From Moniliella sp. 'wahieum' (Eukaryota), in NCBI GenBank assembly GCA_003971905.1, contig RSEE01000005.1, positions 1,054,001-1,118,000 of the forward strand: DNA of 64,000 nt. The letters are read 5' to 3'. Shown in pieces: positions 60,230 through 64,000 of the stretch. The translations under genes were made by a program, and so were the position numbers. Numbering within the stretch: the first letter of the stretch is position 1; each line of letters begins with the position of its first letter. The notes beneath the pieces were generated by a model. The model ran no database searches and was not told the origin of the DNA. It saw nothing but the letters and a program-made list of their open reading frames with translations.

Positions 60230-62707
60230 CTACAATGCCAGGAGAGGCGCCCAGGTGTGGCGCAGGTGCACCAGTGCCTGGGCGCGCCTGTCGACCGCAG
60301 CAGGCGCGGGTGCGCTGCTCGCCACCGCGCCCGCGCCCAGCGGCGAGGCCAACGCCAACGGCGACGCTCGCTCCAAGCACCGGATGTCCTCCAGCAGATC
60401 GTGCAGCAGCGCCTTGCGCGCCGCCTTGCTGTGGCGCGCCGTGCTCGTGGACGCGACCAGCGCCGGCGCCACCGCCCGCAGCGACGTAAGGTCCAGCAGC
60501 AGTGCGCCGTGCACGTACGCCCCTTCCGCCTCGCCCTCCTCGGGCCCTAGTGCCAGCAGCGCCGCCTCAATGCCTCGCACAGCCCTCCAGCCGTGAAGCG
60601 TGCTGCCTCGGCACGCGACCGAGCCGAGCCCTGCCCCACCCCCGCCACTTGCTCTCGCAGCCACGATTGGCGACGTACAGGATCCCCAGCGCGGGGCTGA
60701 GCCCCACTGCCCCCAACACAAGCTGCTGGCTGGCCAGCAACCGGTCGATCCCATTCATCGCTAGTTCCAGATCCACCTTTGCCTTTTGCAGTTGAATCAG
60801 CGCCGGGCGCACCAGCGATCCCGTCAGGAGGTTGTACATGGGCGACTAGGTGTGGGGGTTAGCTTCATGGCCAAATCAGTGCCATCAGTGCAGAAGGAGC
60901 GGGCAGCACGTACCTTGAGCTGTTCCTCGTATACAGTCATCACCGGCGACAAGTCTCCCATCTTGACCCTCTGGGCCATCTCATTAATCTGCTCGGTGGA
61001 GAGATTGGATGTTACGCTGGAGGCGGTGGGGTGGTGGCGCATATCCTGCGCGAAGGCAGTGACCATCCGAGCCAATGAAGCTTGGTCCGACTCGAGCGAG
61101 AGTGGCGCAGTGAGCATTTGCCCACCCGCACCGCTTTGGAGCGTACGAACAAAATTGGCCACCGGGTTCCAGATCCAATTGACGATCAACCCCCTCGCCG
61201 TGTCCCACGCAGCCCACATGGTCGACTTGAGCGTAGCGCGATTGGCACTGACAAGGCGGTAGGTGGTATACCCGACCAAGGATAGCCCAACAGCTTGATC
61301 CAGATCCGGCTCCACCACGCGGGCACACTCAAGCCCAAAGGCGCAGCGTTGTACAGCCCCAAAGCCCTGGCAGCCGTGGTCTGCGCTATGCCTTCGGTTC
61401 CTGCAATGTTTAAGCCCGTGGTCAAAACCCCCTCAAGGGCGTCAAGAGCGGCCACTGCACCCCCCACTCTCCCCGAAAAGGAGACTGCCTCCGTTTGCGG
61501 CGGAAGAACAAGGGATCGCAACTGTTGCGCTTGGCCCAAGCTTAGAGCAAACGGATCCTCTTCACTCGAGGCAACGGAGGATCCCGCCTGCTGCAAGCCA
61601 GCGGCCGTGTAACCAATGGCGATAGCGAGTTGACGGATGTGGTCTTGCAGCGCTCGTTCCTTGGCCCTGGCCTCGTCCCGCATGAGGCGCAGTGGAAGGG
61701 TCAAGAGCGAACGAGGGGTCAGCAGCATCCGACGCAACTCACGGGTTGCTTTTCCCACACTCCGTGCCACCTGAGCATCAAGCCCTTGACCTTTGGAAGC
61801 CACATTGTCCAAGTAGTTGGACAGACCTGTAACCGACACACCGTCATCCTCGGGTCGGAGAATGGAGCGAAGGTCAATTCCGGCATTCCCCATCCGATAA
61901 GCAATCGACCTTTCTGGGGCAGCCCAGAGCCCTGAAGCCGAGCTAGCTTGCTGCCCGGCCATGCTCCAAGGGAAAAAGGCGAAGAGGATGACTGCAGGTT
62001 GCTTTTTAAGCAGGGTAAGGGTACTTGTCACCTCAGCTCGAGCCTCGGAAGGGGTACTCTCGGCTTGTGCGACAGATGCGCTCTCAAGCTTTGGGATGCG
62101 CTTTCATGTCGAAGCGGAAGGAGGATCAAGCCCGCAAGTTGGCGTGCTGCATCCATGCATCTCACAGGCAACGTTTGGGCAAAGTACACCAATGTTGATT
62201 GGGTCTCGTCATGGATTGTGCGCCAGGTCCAATTGCGTTCCCTCGAAGCATGCGCTTCCGACAGCAGAGACTGCAGCACAAGAGCATGCACACCACCGAG
62301 TCGTTCCAGCGCATCTCCCGCACCAGAAGCTGTAGTAGAGTAGGCCCCTGAACCCTGCACCTGTTCGAGCCGAATGAAGATGTTTCGAAGCTGGTCCAGC
62401 GCAGCCAAAGTTTCTGCTCCCCCAGGTAAGGACTTGCGATTGGCACCGAGATCCAGCGCGAGGGAAGCCGTCTTGGGCGTCTTCACTTCCTCCAGTGAGG
62501 TGACAGATGCTACGTCCTGCCCGATCGGCACGGAGGAAGGAGAGAGTCGCTGTAGATCAGCCAGGATACTGGCCAGCTCAGCATCATTTCCCCCCGAGTG
62601 GATGATAAGGACGCGACCGCGCCCACAAATGACCCCGTACGAGCCTCGATGCGCGCATCTAGACGCACCCCCGCGTCTCGAAGTAAGTCGAGCGGCAGAG
62701 ATGCCAT
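60230..62707 (-). CDS. NCA2: Nuclear control of ATPase protein 2-like
   Basis: NWIWNPV..SLESDQASLARMV..GDLSPVMTVYE..LIQLQKAKVDLELAMNGIDRLLASQQL; intron ~60847-60912. Confidence 0.88.
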
Positions 62708-63064
62708 GGGCGATGGTGGTGGGCACTGTGGCAGGTATTGGTCTACTGCAATAATCAACCTCGCTCTCCTATCATCGATATCATCGTCGGCCCAACAATT
62801 ATTCCGGCCCCCAAACCCTAATGTTCGTGTCGGGCCTGGAGCCTCTTCCAGCGCTTAGTTCGTTCCGCGCTTTTGAGCCCGTCCTCAACCGTTGAGCAAC
62901 ATTTCGAGCGTCTTGAAGGCGTCATCCACTCTACCCACCCATATCTGTCCGGATCTTCTACATCCCATTTCGCGGCTATCGCACCGCACTTTCAAGCCCA
63001 CAAGAACGTTTCGGCTATGGCTAATGATGATTTGGGGCATCGCTCTCATTTTGCACGAAAACTT

Positions 63065-64000
63065 TTAGGCCAACAGCAAAGACTCGAACCGGGACTCGGT
63101 CTTGATCGTCTCGATGGCCTGCTGCACCTCGAGCCGGGTCCGAGCGGCAGCGAGCCAATCCTGGGCAATCAGGGCAGGCCATCCCTCGAGCCCCGTGAGG
63201 GCAGCGGTAGCAGTCGCGAGCTGGTTGTGCTCGAGGGCGTTGCGAGCAACAGCGACAGCATTCGCAGTCTGGTTGTTCCGTGTGAAGGCAGCGTTGTACG
63301 ACAGCATGGTCCGAGCACTGCAGATGTAGCATGGCAATGGGTCCGGCTTCGGGCGGAACCAGGGAGGCGCTGAGAAGCGCAGGTGCCACACGATCCACAA
63401 ACCATACATTCAAGTACGGCCCGAGGCCACCCCCGTGTCCGGAGCCGATTGGCTGTCAAGCCAGTCGAGCAGAGTGTAACAGGGCCCCGTCCGTTTTGTG
63501 CCCTCCCCATCCGTCTTCCCCACCGACAAGACAGCCTCCTTGAGCGCCCGCCTCTCCCGGAACGGCTGGGGCGGTGCAGCAGCCGACTCGCCTGGGGTGA
63601 GAGTGGCATGCTCCAGAGCGGTCGTGGCGTTCTGCAGCTGCCGCAACCGCGACGCATCGTCCCGCGCTTTGGCCTCGGCAGCCGTAGCATCTTGCAGGCT
63701 GGAGACCTGCTTGGCCAAGTCGTTCAAGCGAGCCAGACGTCCGCCGCGTTCCTGCTCGACCCTCTGGCCAATCTCGTCGATCCACCGTTTCTGAAGGGCC
63801 ACACCCTGGGCAACGACCTCGTTGTACAGCCGCTCGTGGATGAGAGCGGCCTGGCTCGTAAGCTCCGCCTTCAGCTTTTTCTCCGCCTCCGACTGCAGTG
63901 CCTTGGACTGGGCCTGGAGACGTGCCTCCCATGCTGCATCGCTCTCCCCTGCCTGGCGCACTGCCGTGTCATGCTGCGCCTTGAGCTGAACCTCGTACTT
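63065..64000 (-). CDS. MIC60: MICOS subunit Mic60 (mitofilin), 3' part
   Basis: Coiled coil, RVEQERGGRLARL, mitofilin C-terminus L.GW...AQDWL..AR.RLEVQQA; continues beyond the window. Confidence 0.92.

Noticed and set aside
683..64000. Pervasive frameshifts read as programmed frameshifting, RNA editing or mass pseudogenisation
   Set aside because: They hit essential genes and tRNAs indiscriminately, mostly as lost bases in short runs, which is typical of unpolished long-read consensus.
11448..64000. Enrichment of mitochondrial-function genes as a cluster
   Set aside because: They are interspersed with unrelated housekeeping genes and share no pathway; compatible with chance.

Overview
Gene-dense, GC-rich, intron-poor fungal chromosomal DNA, most likely a basidiomycete (Ustilaginomycotina-like; the taxon is an inference). 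Nearly every gene, including essential ones (RPL5, RPL15, PCNA, RPC2), is broken by small indels, which points to an error-prone assembly rather than pseudogenisation. About 25 protein genes are recognisable, including two small spliced genes the ORF track misses (SRP9/21 and mitochondrial bL33), plus four intron-containing tRNA genes. A young full-length Ty1/copia element spans 45616-51175, with identical 217-bp LTRs and an AATGG target-site duplication. A heavily decayed, TpA-rich Ty3/gypsy (chromovirus-like) relic lies at about 13.6-15.2 kb. Main finding: the copia primer-binding site does not match a tRNA 3' end. It is a bipartite complement of positions ~22-40 of the SPLICED tRNA-Tyr(GTA), a copy of which lies at 17587-17685, suggesting priming by a tRNA-Tyr 5' half. 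Other leads: a possible WW-domain/thiamine pyrophosphokinase fusion, a conserved T-arm/B-box mimic trailer on both tRNA-Arg(ACG) genes, RIP-like decay of the relic, and several recurrent intergenic motifs.
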